NCBI GenBank assembly: GCA_964016885.1
Contig: CAXHJY010001105.1
Location: 372,001 to 436,000 of the forward strand
Direction: 5' to 3'
Length of the DNA: 64,000 nt
Source: Eledone cirrhosa
Taxonomy: Eukaryota
The translations under genes and the position numbers were made by a program. Below, one piece after another: positions 29,118 through 40,585 of the stretch; within the stretch, counting starts at the first letter, position 1, and each line of letters starts with the position of its first letter. A model generated the notes under the pieces. That model was not told where the DNA came from. It saw nothing but the letters and a program-made list of their open reading frames with translations, and ran no database searches.

Positions 29118-29447
29118 TTAACCTTGGTCTTCCTCTTCCAGTGTGTCCATGTAGGGGCTCCCACAGGAGCACTGAGTGGAGTGTCAACTCTGGATGTCGG
29201 TGAGCATGTCCAGCTAACCTCAGTCTCCTCTGTGTCACTTTTGAGCTGGCTTTTGGGAGGCTCCCGTACAGCTCTGAGTTTTTCATCCTCAGTGTATACT
29301 GATTAATGTTCAGAGCCATCCTCAGCATTCTCGTGTAGCACCCATCCACCATCTGTTGGAGACGCAGGACATGGCAGCGATAATGAGGGACAGAGACCGC
29401 TGGAGAGAACTCGTCCATGGATCTCGGGAATTTTACCCGCCCCTTAG
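29116..29447. mobile_element. RTE-X-like LINE 3' fragment with inverted 5' segment
   Basis: Minus 29356-29116: VDGCYTRMLRMALNI...NSELYG...QRRLRLAGH...LLWEPLHG...GRGRPRLTY. Plus 29356-29447: LETQDMAAIMRDRDRWRELV. Confidence 0.8.
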
Positions 29448-29603
29448 AATATATATATATGTATATATATATAATGTAGGAGGTGAGTGTTATTGTAGTA
29501 CAATAAAGCAATGCAGATATCGGATAAGAAGCACTCTACAGTTTTTGAAATGCGCATAATAAAATACATGGAACTCTTTTAACCATCTTTTGATCTTATA
29601 TAT

Positions 29604-29669
<66 letters not shown>

Positions 29670-29671
<2 letters not shown>

Positions 29672-30190
29672 AGGTCTCTATCGAGTGCTACTGGTAACTT
29701 GTAACCCAGCACAACCTGTCTCGTGGTCGGCGACTAAACCGGCAACCCCACCAAGCTATCTTGGTGAGGGGGGGGGGGATATTTGGACACCCTGCGGGAT
29801 GAAATACAAGACCTGGCAAAGGGCGGAGGAACTCAGCAGAGTCAACGGCCATCCAAATAGCAGTTTTTTTCTTTTTCACCTGGGAGTGAAAGGCCCCCAG
29901 TTGTTGTCACAACCCCTTTCTAGGAGAGGGAATCTCTGAAAAAGAAAACCTGTGGCTTCGGAAGCATCCGAAGATGTTGACCAGTTCTCCTTTTCTGGCA
30001 GTGTCTTCGATGCTCAGAGAGTGGGATGGGTCGAGTGCAAGGCCTTTCCCCTCTTAAAAATCCTTCAAGGTACAGGCATTGCTTGTTGAGGGACTGTTAC
30101 AGGTTTGTGTGGCTGGCCGTAGCCTAAAAGTGCACCAAACTCTGTAATCTGACCAGCAATTGCAATAATCTTAGCAGAGTTTGCAGCCAT
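29670..30190 (+). mobile_element. Diverged relative of the RTE-derived non-autonomous repeat
   Basis: Shares GCTACTGGTAAC, GGCGACTAAAC-GGCAACCCCACCAAG, GAGTCAA-GGCCATCCAAA and ACAGGCATTGCT with 30402-31010. Confidence 0.6.
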
Positions 30191-30212
30191 CATGTATGTA
30201 TGTGTATGTGTG

Positions 30213-30266
<54 letters not shown>

Positions 30267-30401
30267 TATGTATGTGTATGTATGTATATATATATATGTA
30301 TATATATATATGTATGTATATATATATATATGTATGTATATATATATATATATATATGTATGTATATATATATATGTATATGTATATATATATATGTATG
30401 T

Positions 30402-31010
30402 CAGGTCACCAGTTGGTGCTACTGGTAACATGTATCCCAGTACAACCTGTCCCATGGTCGGGTTGTTGGCGACTAAACTGGCAACCCCACCAAGGTTTCT
30501 TGGTGAGGAGGGTGACTTTGGACATCCTGTAGGACTAAAAACAAAACCTGTCAAAGGGCAAAGGAGCTCTTAAGAGTCAATGGCCATCCAAAATCACCGG
30601 GAGAGATGACCCCTTAGCCTTTGTCAAGGCAGAATTCTAGGAGAAGGAAAACTCTGATATAACACCTGCAACCCTGATGGTATCCAATGATGTTGACTTG
30701 TTCTTCTTTTTGGTAAATATCATCTTGGTTAAGAGAGTGGGACTGGCTTTGTGCAGTGCCTTTGCTCACTATAAAAGCTTCACGGCACAGGCATTGCTTT
30801 ATATCTGGAGATCTCTCTGCACTTGTCGTCACATGGTACCATGGGCCCAGCACTATGTGTCAGTAATTGTCACAAGTGTAGTGTTTGTACCAGAGTTTTC
30901 AAGTCGCTGGCTGGACTAAAAAGTCACACTCGTTCAGCGCATCGGTAGGGGTTCTCCTACATGGATATAAAGTAGTGGCCGTACTCGAAAACGAGTTGGC
31001 AGCCACCATA
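30402..31010 (+). mobile_element. Non-autonomous RTE-derived repeat, copy 2 (longer 5' end)
   Basis: Near-identical to 20100-20650, inside a (TATG/TA)n tract. Confidence 0.65.
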
Positions 31011-31043
31011 TATGTATGTATATATATATATATATGTATGTAT

Positions 31044-31084
<41 letters not shown>

Positions 31085-31193
31085 TATATATATGTAGGTA
31101 TATATATATATGTATGCATATATATATGTATGTATATATATATATATGTATGTATATATATATATGTATGTATATATATGTATATGTATGTTG

Positions 31194-31226
<33 letters not shown>

Positions 31227-31287
31227 GTATGTATATATATATATGTATGTATATATATGTATATATATGTATGTATGTATATATATG

Positions 31288-31320
<33 letters not shown>

Positions 31321-31780
31321 GTATGCATATATATATGTATGTATATATATATATGTATGTATATATATATATATGTATGTATATATATATATGTATGTAT
31401 ATATATGTATATATATGTATGTATATATATATATGTATATATAGATATAGATAGGTAAATATACACGGGTGTGTATGATTGTGTATAGAAGATTATATTA
31501 ATAAGAGGAATTCCAACTTTGTCTGATTTACTCGTTTTATTTACAATCCTTTAAAATATATATAATGGTATTATAATGAAATAGTATGATAGAATATTAA
31601 ATTCTAAGTGTTAATTGAACAAGTACTTTCATGCTTTCGCAATCTTCAGGTTCATGATATGTGGTGACAAGGGCTTTGCATTCTGGAGCCACTTTTCTCT
31701 GTATAAAGTGTATAAAAGGTAGGAAATTTACCCATCTCATTACAGTTGAAAATTGCAAACTCGACTGTCACCACATATCA

Positions 31781-31819
31781 TGAACCTGAAGATTGCGAAA
31801 GCATGAAAGTACTTGTTCA
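31781..31819 (+). ncRNA. Minimal hammerhead ribozyme in the pLTR
   Basis: TGAAC-CTGAAGA-t-TGC-GAAA-GCA-t-GAAA-GTAC-TT-GTTCA, with palindromic AAGTACTT stem III. Copies at 35983-36021 (+) and 31616-31654 (-). Confidence 0.8.
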
Positions 31820-32023
31820 ATTAACACTTAGAATTTAATATTCTATCATACTATTTCATTATAATACCATTATATATATTTTAAAGGATTGTAAATAAAA
31901 CGAGTAAATCAGACAAAGTTGGAATTCCTCTTATTAATATAATCTTCTATACACAATCATACACACCCGTGTATATTTACCTATCTATATCTATATATAT
32001 ATTCCTATTGTGTATATGCCAAC

Positions 32024-33373
32024 ATGTCTGGAAAGCAACAAATGAAACCAACAGAATCAGAAAGAATTCTAAAGGAGATATCATCGAAATTATCAACACT
32101 TATCACGATGATGGACACACAATCCTCTATTTTAAAGGAAATAGAAAAACAATCTACAGACGGAAAACTTATAACTGAACATATAAACTCTGAAATTAAG
32201 AATTTAGCTGAAATTATACCAACAGTTATCAAAGATACAAGAGAAAGCCTACCACAACCCCCTTGGATGTCAGAAATAAACGAAAGAAATTTGGAAAACA
32301 AAACACATCGAATAAGAAAAGAAATGTGGAAGACATGGAAAAAATTCCTTAACATAAGAAAACAAAATTTCTGGAAAGCATACAGATGCGAAAAATATGT
32401 CGAAACACATTCGAAATGGCTCTCTCTAACGGCACCCATACTCCCTCGTAAATACCTAATTACAGAAATTGCAGGAGAACCAGAAGAAGAAACAAAACTC
32501 CGATGGGAACTTACATTGACAAAATTCAGGACCGACATCTCCATTTCTGAATGTAAACAATCCCGCTACAAAGCCAAATATGAAGCTATTGATGACCAAA
32601 TTGAAGTTGAAATTTCAAAGCTAACGACTGGTATTATAGCTGAAAAACTACGAGAACTATGGATCGGAGATATCTCAAAAGAAGAAAACAAATCAAGAAA
32701 GGTATGGCAGCAGAAACAATTATTTCTCGATGAATATGCTGCAAATTACGGTAAAGACTCTGGAACCCTGAGAAAAAGCATTAAAAGTGGACAATCTCAT
32801 CAACACAACATACGCCAGAACACGTGCCAACACAAACACTCACCTTACCTTGAATCAAAGAAGAACTACGGTAATAACTCTTCGCTTTTTCTACAAAAAC
32901 ACCCTATCGCACACAACATGAACAAAAAGCACAAACACGATAGGTATTCCTTTGACCAGACCATGAGAAGTAGTAAAACCAGGAGATCATTCTCAAGATC
33001 TCAACAGAGACTACCAACAAGGAATGTGGAAACAAAACGTAGAATAACCAGATCACTCTCAAGATCTCAACAGAGATTGCCCACAAGAAACTGGACGAAA
33101 AAACGATCTAAACCTGAAAGCAAACCTAGGTCATTTTCCCAGATTGTTAAAAATAATGCTAACAGGAAGAAAAATAATATACAGAATACCAAAAATAGGA
33201 CAAAATACATAACGAAACCAAATATAATATCACGACCAAAAGTTCATCAAGCGAACACCAACAGGAATATAAATCCTGAACAGAGAAAAATTCATTTTTT
33301 AACGTCAGGACAACAAAAACCGGAAAAAGAAAAACTCCAGGAGGAAACATACCCAAAACAGCTGTACACGTAG
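32024..33373 (+). CDS. PLE ORF1: helical/coiled-coil-like N-terminus, basic Arg/Ser/Lys-rich C-terminus
   Basis: 449-codon non-repetitive open frame starting just after the pLTR (CCAACATGT). Duplicated RS(F/L)SRSQQRLPTRN motif. Confidence 0.8.
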   Translation: MSGKQQMKPTESERILKEISSKLSTLITMMDTQSSILKEIEKQSTDGKLITEHINSEIKNLAEIIPTVIKDTRESLPQPPWMSEINERNLENKTHRIRKEMWKTWKKFLNIRKQNFWKAYRCEKYVETHSKWLSLTAPILPRKYLITEIAGEPEEETKLRWELTLTKFRTDISISECKQSRYKAKYEAIDDQIEVEISKLTTGIIAEKLRELWIGDISKEENKSRKVWQQKQLFLDEYAANYGKDSGTLRKSIKSGQSHQHNIRQNTCQHKHSPYLESKKNYGNNSSLFLQKHPIAHNMNKKHKHDRYSFDQTMRSSKTRRSFSRSQQRLPTRNVETKRRITRSLSRSQQRLPTRNWTKKRSKPESKPRSFSQIVKNNANRKKNNIQNTKNRTKYITKPNIISRPKVHQANTNRNINPEQRKIHFLTSGQQKPEKEKLQEETYPKQLYT

Positions 33374-35607
33374 ATCCTAAAATAATTAATTTATCTAAAA
33401 GAGATCTTGACAATGATGAAATGCAAATTCTGTCAAAAGGACTGAAATTCACACCGACTCCAACAGTCAACCACCAAGAACTGAAGGAGGATACCCAAGA
33501 ATTCTGTCGAAAATTACGTCTTGTAGAATTCTTCGCTGATAAAAATAATGAGAGTGATGAATCACTAGTAAAGAATAAATCAAATTTCACTCCGCCAAAA
33601 GGAAGAAATATCTATCTCGACCAATACATTGACATCCTGTCTAAATTTCCTCTTAGACATAATACTAATGTTAGGCCAAACATTAACAAATCAGAAATGT
33701 CTGCACTTAAACGTATACAAAATGATAAAACAATAATAATTAAACAAGCAGATAAAGGGGGTGCAGTTGTTATAATGGATACTGAATACTACAAGGATTT
33801 GGTTGAGGAACAACTGAAAGACACAACATTCTATCATGAAATACCGTCAAATATAGACCACAACATCATGAAGAAGATCAACAACCTGGCTTCAAAATAC
33901 CACAACTCATTTACTGATAAGGAAAGAGACTACATCACCAATTTTGAGCCGAAACCCAGCAACCTGTATGGCCTACCGAAAGTTCACAAGTCAAAAGAAA
34001 TACAACTGGCAGTAAGAGAACAAAACAGTGAGTACATTAAATTATTACACCCAAAAGACTTAAAACTTAGACCTATTATAGCTGGTCCAACATGCCCCAC
34101 TCACCGTCTAAGCAATTTTGTTGACATTATTTTGAAACCACTATGTATTCACATACCCAGTTTCATCCGGGATGATATCGACTTCCTGTCCCATCTTCCC
34201 AAAACCACGGAAACGAATTCACTTCTACTCAGTTTTGATGTGGTAAGCCTTTACACCAACATTACACATGATTTAGGAATAAAGGCGGTTAAATACTGGG
34301 TGGAAAAACATAGAGAAGTGATTCCCATTAGATTCACAGCGCCATTTATATTAGACGCAGTTAAACTTATTCTGGAAAACAACACTTTCTTCTTCAATGG
34401 AAAGAATTACATCCAAATTAGAGGCACAGCGATGGGAACGAAGTTTGCTCCCGTTTACGCGAACTCTGTAATGGGATACTTAGAACAACAACTCTACCAA
34501 GAAATAGAGGAAAAATATAGTACTGACTTTAGAAAGTACATTGAAAAATCTTGGAAGAGATACCTTGACGACTGTTTCATCATCTGGACAGAATCTTTAG
34601 ATACTCTGGATGAGTTCAATATCCTCCTGAATAACCTACACCCATCTCTCCAATTCACAAAAGAGATGAGTAGGACCAAATTACCATTCCTAGATATAAT
34701 GATAATCAAAAACGACACCACCATTACCACGGATATATATTATAAACACACAGACACCCATCAATATCTGAATTTTAAGTCGTGCCATCCACCTCATACA
34801 AAACGCAACATCCCATACTGCCTAGCCAGAAGAATTTGTACCATTGTAGAAGATACGAATACCAGGTACAAACGCCTAACAGAACTAAGAGAATTTTTGC
34901 TCAAACAAAAATACCCATCTCTACTTATAGAAAATGGCATACAGCGGGCTATAAAAATACCTATACAACAACTTAGAACAACCCAAAGAAGAAGAAACCA
35001 AGAACTGGTCATACCATTTATAATGACACACAACCCATGTCACCAGAATATCTTCAACACTGCCAAAGCAAACCTACCGATCATTGCTCAAAGTAATGAA
35101 TTAAAAGGCTTAATCACAGATCGATCTTTGACTCTTAGTAAAAGACAGCCAAAAAATTTGAAGCAATTGCTAACAAAAGCAAAGTTTGACCTTAACAACA
35201 AAGACCAATCATTCACTGTATCTAAATGCAATGATAATCGATGCGGCACATGTCAATCCATACACGCCGGTCAATATATGAAAACAAAAACTGGAAAAAT
35301 ATTCACAAATGCAAATATGAACTGCAAAAGCAGAAATCTAATTTACTGCATTAAATGCCCGAATTGTGAAGAACTATATGTCGGTCAAACTGGAAATGCA
35401 CTATCGGAACGTGCACGGGTACACCGTCAACAAATCAGAGACCCAAATGTCCGTCAGATACCCCTAAGCGGCCACCTGGCAACATGTGGTCAGGGAATAT
35501 TTATAATATTCCCATTCTACAAATTACACAGCCCAAATGAAATCAAGAGAAAAATCAAAGAAAAGAATTTTATTGATAAATTCAAACCCAAGCTAAATGA
35601 ACAATAA
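33301..35607 (+). CDS. PLE ORF2: reverse transcriptase + GIY-YIG endonuclease
   Basis: Frame is open from 33280. Motifs: IINLS..L...E..ILSKGLKF.P.P, KQADKGG, LYGLPKVHK, LRPII, SFDVVSLYTNI, GTAMG, RYLDD, Cys-rich linker CNDNRCGTC, LIYCIKCPNCEELYVGQT. The first ATG is at 33421; the start given assumes frameshift entry. Confidence 0.93.
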   Translation, partial: NVRTTKTGKRKTPGGNIPKTAVHVDPKIINLSKRDLDNDEMQILSKGLKFTPTPTVNHQELKEDTQEFCRKLRLVEFFADKNNESDESLVKNKSNFTPPKGRNIYLDQYIDILSKFPLRHNTNVRPNINKSEMSALKRIQNDKTIIIKQADKGGAVVIMDTEYYKDLVEEQLKDTTFYHEIPSNIDHNIMKKINNLASKYHNSFTDKERDYITNFEPKPSNLYGLPKVHKSKEIQLAVREQNSEYIKLLHPKDLKLRPIIAGPTCPTHRLSNFVDIILKPLCIHIPSFIRDDIDFLSHLPKTTETNSLLLSFDVVSLYTNITHDLGIKAVKYWVEKHREVIPIRFTAPFILDAVKLILENNTFFFNGKNYIQIRGTAMGTKFAPVYANSVMGYLEQQLYQEIEEKYSTDFRKYIEKSWKRYLDDCFIIWTESLDTLDEFNILLNNLHPSLQFTKEMSRTKLPFLDIMIIKNDTTITTDIYYKHTDTHQYLNFKSCHPPHTKRNIPYCLARRICTIVEDTNTRYKRLTELREFLLKQKYPSLLIENGIQRAIKIPIQQLRTTQRRRNQELVIPFIMTHNPCHQNIFNTAKANLPIIAQSNELKGLITDRSLTLSKRQPKNLKQLLTKAKFDLNNKDQSFTVSKCNDNRCGTCQSIHAGQYMKTKTGKIFTNANMNCKSRNLIYCIKCPNCEELYVGQTGNALSERARVHRQQIRDPNVRQIPLSGHLATCGQGIFIIFPFYKLHSPNEIKRKIKEKNFIDKFKPKLNEQ

Positions 35608-36147
35608 TAACGCCTAGGGGTATTACTTCTACTACCACTATGACCACGACCACTAACAACAACAACAACAACAATAATAATAATAATAAAAATGATGTTG
35701 ATGGTGATGATTAATAGAAAATGCTATTTTCATCATTTCAAAAAAGCAAAACAATTGATACGTTGGATATGACTATTGGTCGTTAGCATGCTCAACCAGC
35801 CGTGACGCTTAAACCAATCAGCTGTAGTAATTCAGTGAAACTACACACTGATTGGTCGTAATACAGTTTACAGGGCTTTGCATTCTGGAGCCACTTTTCT
35901 CTGTATAAAGTGTATAAAAGGTAGGAAATTTACCCATCTCATTACAGTTGAAAATTGCAAACTCGACTGTCACCACATATCATGAACCTGAAGATTGCGA
36001 AAGCATGAAAGTACTTGTTCAATTAACACTTAGAATTTAATATTCTATCATACTATTTCATTATAATACCATTATATATATTTTAAAGGATTGTAAATAA
36101 AACGAGTAAATCAGACAAAGTTGGAATTCCTCTTATTAATATATATG

Positions 36148-36178
<31 letters not shown>

Positions 36179-36760
36179 GTATGCATATATATATGTATGT
36201 ATATATATATATGTATGTATATATATATATGTATGTATGTATATATATGTATATATATATATGTATGTATATATATATATGTATGTATATATATATATGT
36301 ATGTATATATATATATGTATGTATATATATATATGTATGTATATATATATATGTATATATATATATGTATGTATATATATATATATGTATGTATATATAT
36401 ATATGTATGTATATATATATATGTATATGTATATATATATATGTATATATATATATGTATATATATATATATGTATGTATATATATATATATATGTATGT
36501 ATATATATATATATGTATGTATATATATATATATGTATGTATATATATATATGTATGTATATATATGTATATATATGTATGTATATATATATATGTATAT
36601 ATATATATGTATATATATATAAGTGTATATATATATAAGTATATATATATATGTATGTATATATATATATGTATGTATATATATATATATATGTATGTAT
36701 ATATATATATGTATGTATATATATATATGTATATATATATATGTATGTATATATATATAT

Positions 36761-39212
36761 AACTTTGAATAACTTTGAAATGTTTTGGCCAGTATTGGCC
36801 CAGGCCATGTCTAACTTAATAGCACCACCCGGCGAAGTCTTTCAATTCAGGATTTGGGCACCATGGCCCATTCGAGAAGAGAATTACTGTTTGCGGAGAC
36901 ATATCCGGGTGTGGGTGGTTTGTCCGGGATTACTTGGAGGAATTTGTCCAAAGACTTCTTGAATTTTGTGTGGTCAGTTTCTGTTTTGACGTGTCCTGGT
37001 GTGATGTTGAAGAGAGCAGGGCCGATTGAGGTGAAATAATTGTGCCGTATTGTTGTTATGAGTTGCGATTTAGATTTTTGAATGGGACGGATAGCACGGG
37101 GCCCAAGCCTTGGGTGTATCTTGAAGGCGATGCCCACATCATTTGGGCAGTGATGATGGAACATTTTCCACATCATGCAGATAATATAACGCTCACGGCG
37201 ACGTTGGAGTGAGTAAAGTTTCAGGTTTTCCAATCGACCCCAGTAGTCAAGGTCTGACCTTCCATCTATCTTTTTCGTGATTGCCCTTTGAGGAGCTTCA
37301 AGTTTCATGATACTTTGTTTCGTGTGGGGAGACCACAGTGGACAACAGTATTCAAGGTGTGGTCGGGCGAAAGTAGAGAAGAGAAGGATAATGGTGCGGG
37401 AATCTCTCGACTGGAAGGTTCTGAGGATCCAGGAACACATTCTGCGGGCCATGTCAACTTTGCTGCTTATATGCGTGGTCCAGCTTATGTTGCCGTCCAC
37501 GGTTACTCCCAAGTCTCTGATGTTGTTAGATGCCACGAGAGTTTCCCCGGAGGGAAGGGAGTACGGGAGTTTCAGAGCATCCTCTTTTCCAAAGTGGATC
37601 AGTTCGAATTTGTCTTCGTTCAGTAACATGTTGTTCTTTTCTGCCCATTGGGTAACAGCCAGTAGGTCTGACTGAAGGCTTATCCGGTCATCCACGCCAT
37701 TGATGACCTTTTGGAGCTTGGAATCATCAGCGAAAATTTTAATGTTGCTGTGTTTGATGATGTCAGTGATGTCATTAATATAGATGATGAAGAGAAGTGG
37801 GCCCAACACAGTGCCTTGTGGGACTCCACTACTGACTTTGGCTGGGCTTGATTTGACTCCCTCAACTACAACATGTTGGGTTCTGTTTGACAGGAAGCTC
37901 TTGATCCACTGCAGCAGCTTTCCAGTGACACCAATATTGGACAGCTTTCTCAGTAGAATGTTATGATCAACCCTGTCAAAGGCCTTGCTGAAATCAAGGT
38001 AGATAACATCAGTGTTGGAACCCTCTCCCAAGGCTCTCAAAATGTCATCAAAGTGATGCAGTAGTTGCGTCAGGCAATCCCTTCCATTACGGAATCCATG
38101 CTGGTTGGAGTTCAGCATATTGTTACTCTCAAGGAAGTGGGTCATTCGCGATCTCACCACTCGCTCAAATACCTTAATGATATGAGAGGTGAGTGAGATT
38201 GGACGGTAATTCACGGCAAGGGATTTGTTTCCCTTTTTGAAAACTGGGACAACAGACTGGGATAGAAGGTTTTCTGGCACATATCCAGCATCCAGTGAGT
38301 TCCGCCACAGATTGGCAAGAGGAGAAGCAAGTTGGTGTTGACACGCCTTCAAGACACAAGCAGGGAACCTATCGGGACCTACTGCTGAATTATGCTTGAT
38401 TTCCTTTATTGCCGCCAAGACATCAGGGGCGCCAAACGTTATGTCCGATAAGGTGTAATGGGGAGTAACATCGCCGATACAGCCCAGATCGGCCATATCA
38501 GGATTTCTGAAAACAGAGCAGTATTGTTTCTGCAGTATCTCACCCATGGTTTTAGCATTGTCTTGAAGAGTGCCATTTTCATCAATTAGAGGGCCAACAG
38601 TAGAGCCAGTGATTTTGTGTTTTTTTGCAAATGAAAAGAACACTTTGGGATTGAGTTTGATCTTCTCAATGGCCCAGGCCTCTTCAGCTCTTCTCTGATT
38701 GTTGATGAGGGACATTATGTTGTTTTGGAGGTTATGTTTTTTAATCTCTAGTGATGAAATGGCAGTCAAGTTGATGTGTTGCTGCTGACAGTATTTCAGC
38801 TTGTTGATTTTTTTGTTCGTTCTCTTAATTTTTCTGATGAGTGTTTTTCTATTTCTAGGGATTCTGCTCTTAGATTTGTTTATAGTTCTTAATGGGGTGT
38901 GTTTAGCACATATGTTTGTAACAGTGTCCACAAATGTCTGCCAGGACTTTTTGATGTTAGTGGGTGTATGAGTGTGCGTGAAGGACCAGTCGACATGTGC
39001 AAGATCATGACTGATCGCTTCCCAGTTTGCATTGTGGAAATCCATAGCGTCAAACGGATGGACAGGAGAAATGACATTGGGTTTGTATATTGGACGGTGG
39101 AATCTCAGATCACAGAGAACCATGTCATGATCAGAGAGTAGAGTTTTCTCCACTGCAATATTGTGGATATTGTCAGTGTGATTGCTGAAAATTAAGTCTA
39201 GGACGTTTTTTT
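36761..39212 (-). mobile_element. 5'-truncated CR1-like LINE with uninterrupted ORF2 remnant (39212-36847)
   Basis: End of APE domain (LDLIF, SDH), RT motifs [36 protein letters not shown], then LQRRRERY. Short 3' UTR ends in tandem TTCAAAGTT. Confidence 0.93.
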
Positions 39213-39293
39213 GTATGTATATATATATATATGTATGTATATATATATATATATGTATGTATATATATATATGTATATGTATATATATATATG

Positions 39294-39324
<31 letters not shown>

Positions 39325-39825
39325 GTATGTATATATATATATATATGTATGTATATATATATATATGTATGTATATATATATATATGTATGTATATATAT
39401 ATATGTATGTATATATATGTATATATATGTATGTATATATATATATGTATATATATATATGTATATATATATATGTATATATATATATGTATGTATATAT
39501 ATATATATATATAAATATATATATATATGTATGTATATATATATAAATGTATATATATGTATATATATATGTATGTAAATATATGTATATATGTATGTAT
39601 ATACATGTATATATATATATACACATCCATATATGTATATATATATATGTGTGTGTGTGTGCTTGTGTGTGTGTGCGCGCGCGCGAGCGTGTAATAAGAC
39701 AAAAGCGTGAGATTCAAGTCATAAACAATGTTTTATTATATTTTTTGCTCCAAGTGATAAACAGTGTTTTATTATTTCTTCAGACAATTATACTTTATTC
39801 ACTTATGTGTGCGTATATATATATA

Positions 39826-39882
<57 letters not shown>

Positions 39883-40585
39883 GCCGCATGATAATAATCT
39901 AAATAATATACAATATAGAACAATTGAGATGATGATGATGATGAAGAGTGAGTTTATAATAAATTAACAGACGCCATTGCACGAGACAATCCAAACACCA
40001 AGTTTTCGGCGATGTAACATTACTACTAATAAAAATAATACAGTGATTGTTTTTTTTTTTGTTCATTGTTTTTTTTGTACATTAATATCTCCTTTTAAGG
40101 TCAAGGTTTTTATAATTCTGTGTTTCTTTTATATATATGTATGTGTGTGTGTGTGTGTGTGTGTGTAAATATATATATATATATGTGTGTGTGTGTGTAA
40201 ATATATATATATATGTGTGTGTGTGTAAATATATATATGTATATATGTGTGTGTGTGTAAATATATATATATATGTGTGTGTGTGTGTGTAAATATATAT
40301 ATATATGTGTGTGTGTGTAAATATATATATGTATATATGTATATATATATATAACTGTTTCTACTTTTGGCACAAATCAAGCAATTATCCAGTACATTAC
40401 TGGTACTTTATTTATCGACCCCGTAAGGATGAAAGGCAAAGTTAACCTCGGCGGGATTTGAGCTCAGATTGTAAAGGGACGTATGTGTGTATATATATAT
40501 ATGTCTATATATATAATTTTCTTATTTTACGTCTCTCATATATATATATATATACACATATATACACACACACATATATATATAT

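Larger units (their letters stand above)
31440..36142 (+). mobile_element. Apparently full-length Neptune-type Penelope-like retroelement
   Basis: Inverted partial pLTR 31440-31669, direct pLTR 31670-32000, ORF1, ORF2, and 3' pLTR 35872-36142 (identical by eye to the 5' copy). Flanked by (AT)n-type microsatellite. Confidence 0.95.

Noticed and set aside
30402-30520. Twister ribozyme suggested by CCTGTCCC and GAGGAGGGT
   Set aside because: The required pseudoknot pairings could not be assembled; only a simple hairpin is evident.
37288-37966. Plus-strand ORFs overlapping the LINE (and minus-strand ORFs over the PLEs)
   Set aside because: Antisense shadows of the retroelement coding frames.
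39213-39717. N-terminal part of the 956-aa ORF
   Set aside because: Read-through of microsatellite upstream of the LINE truncation point at 39212.
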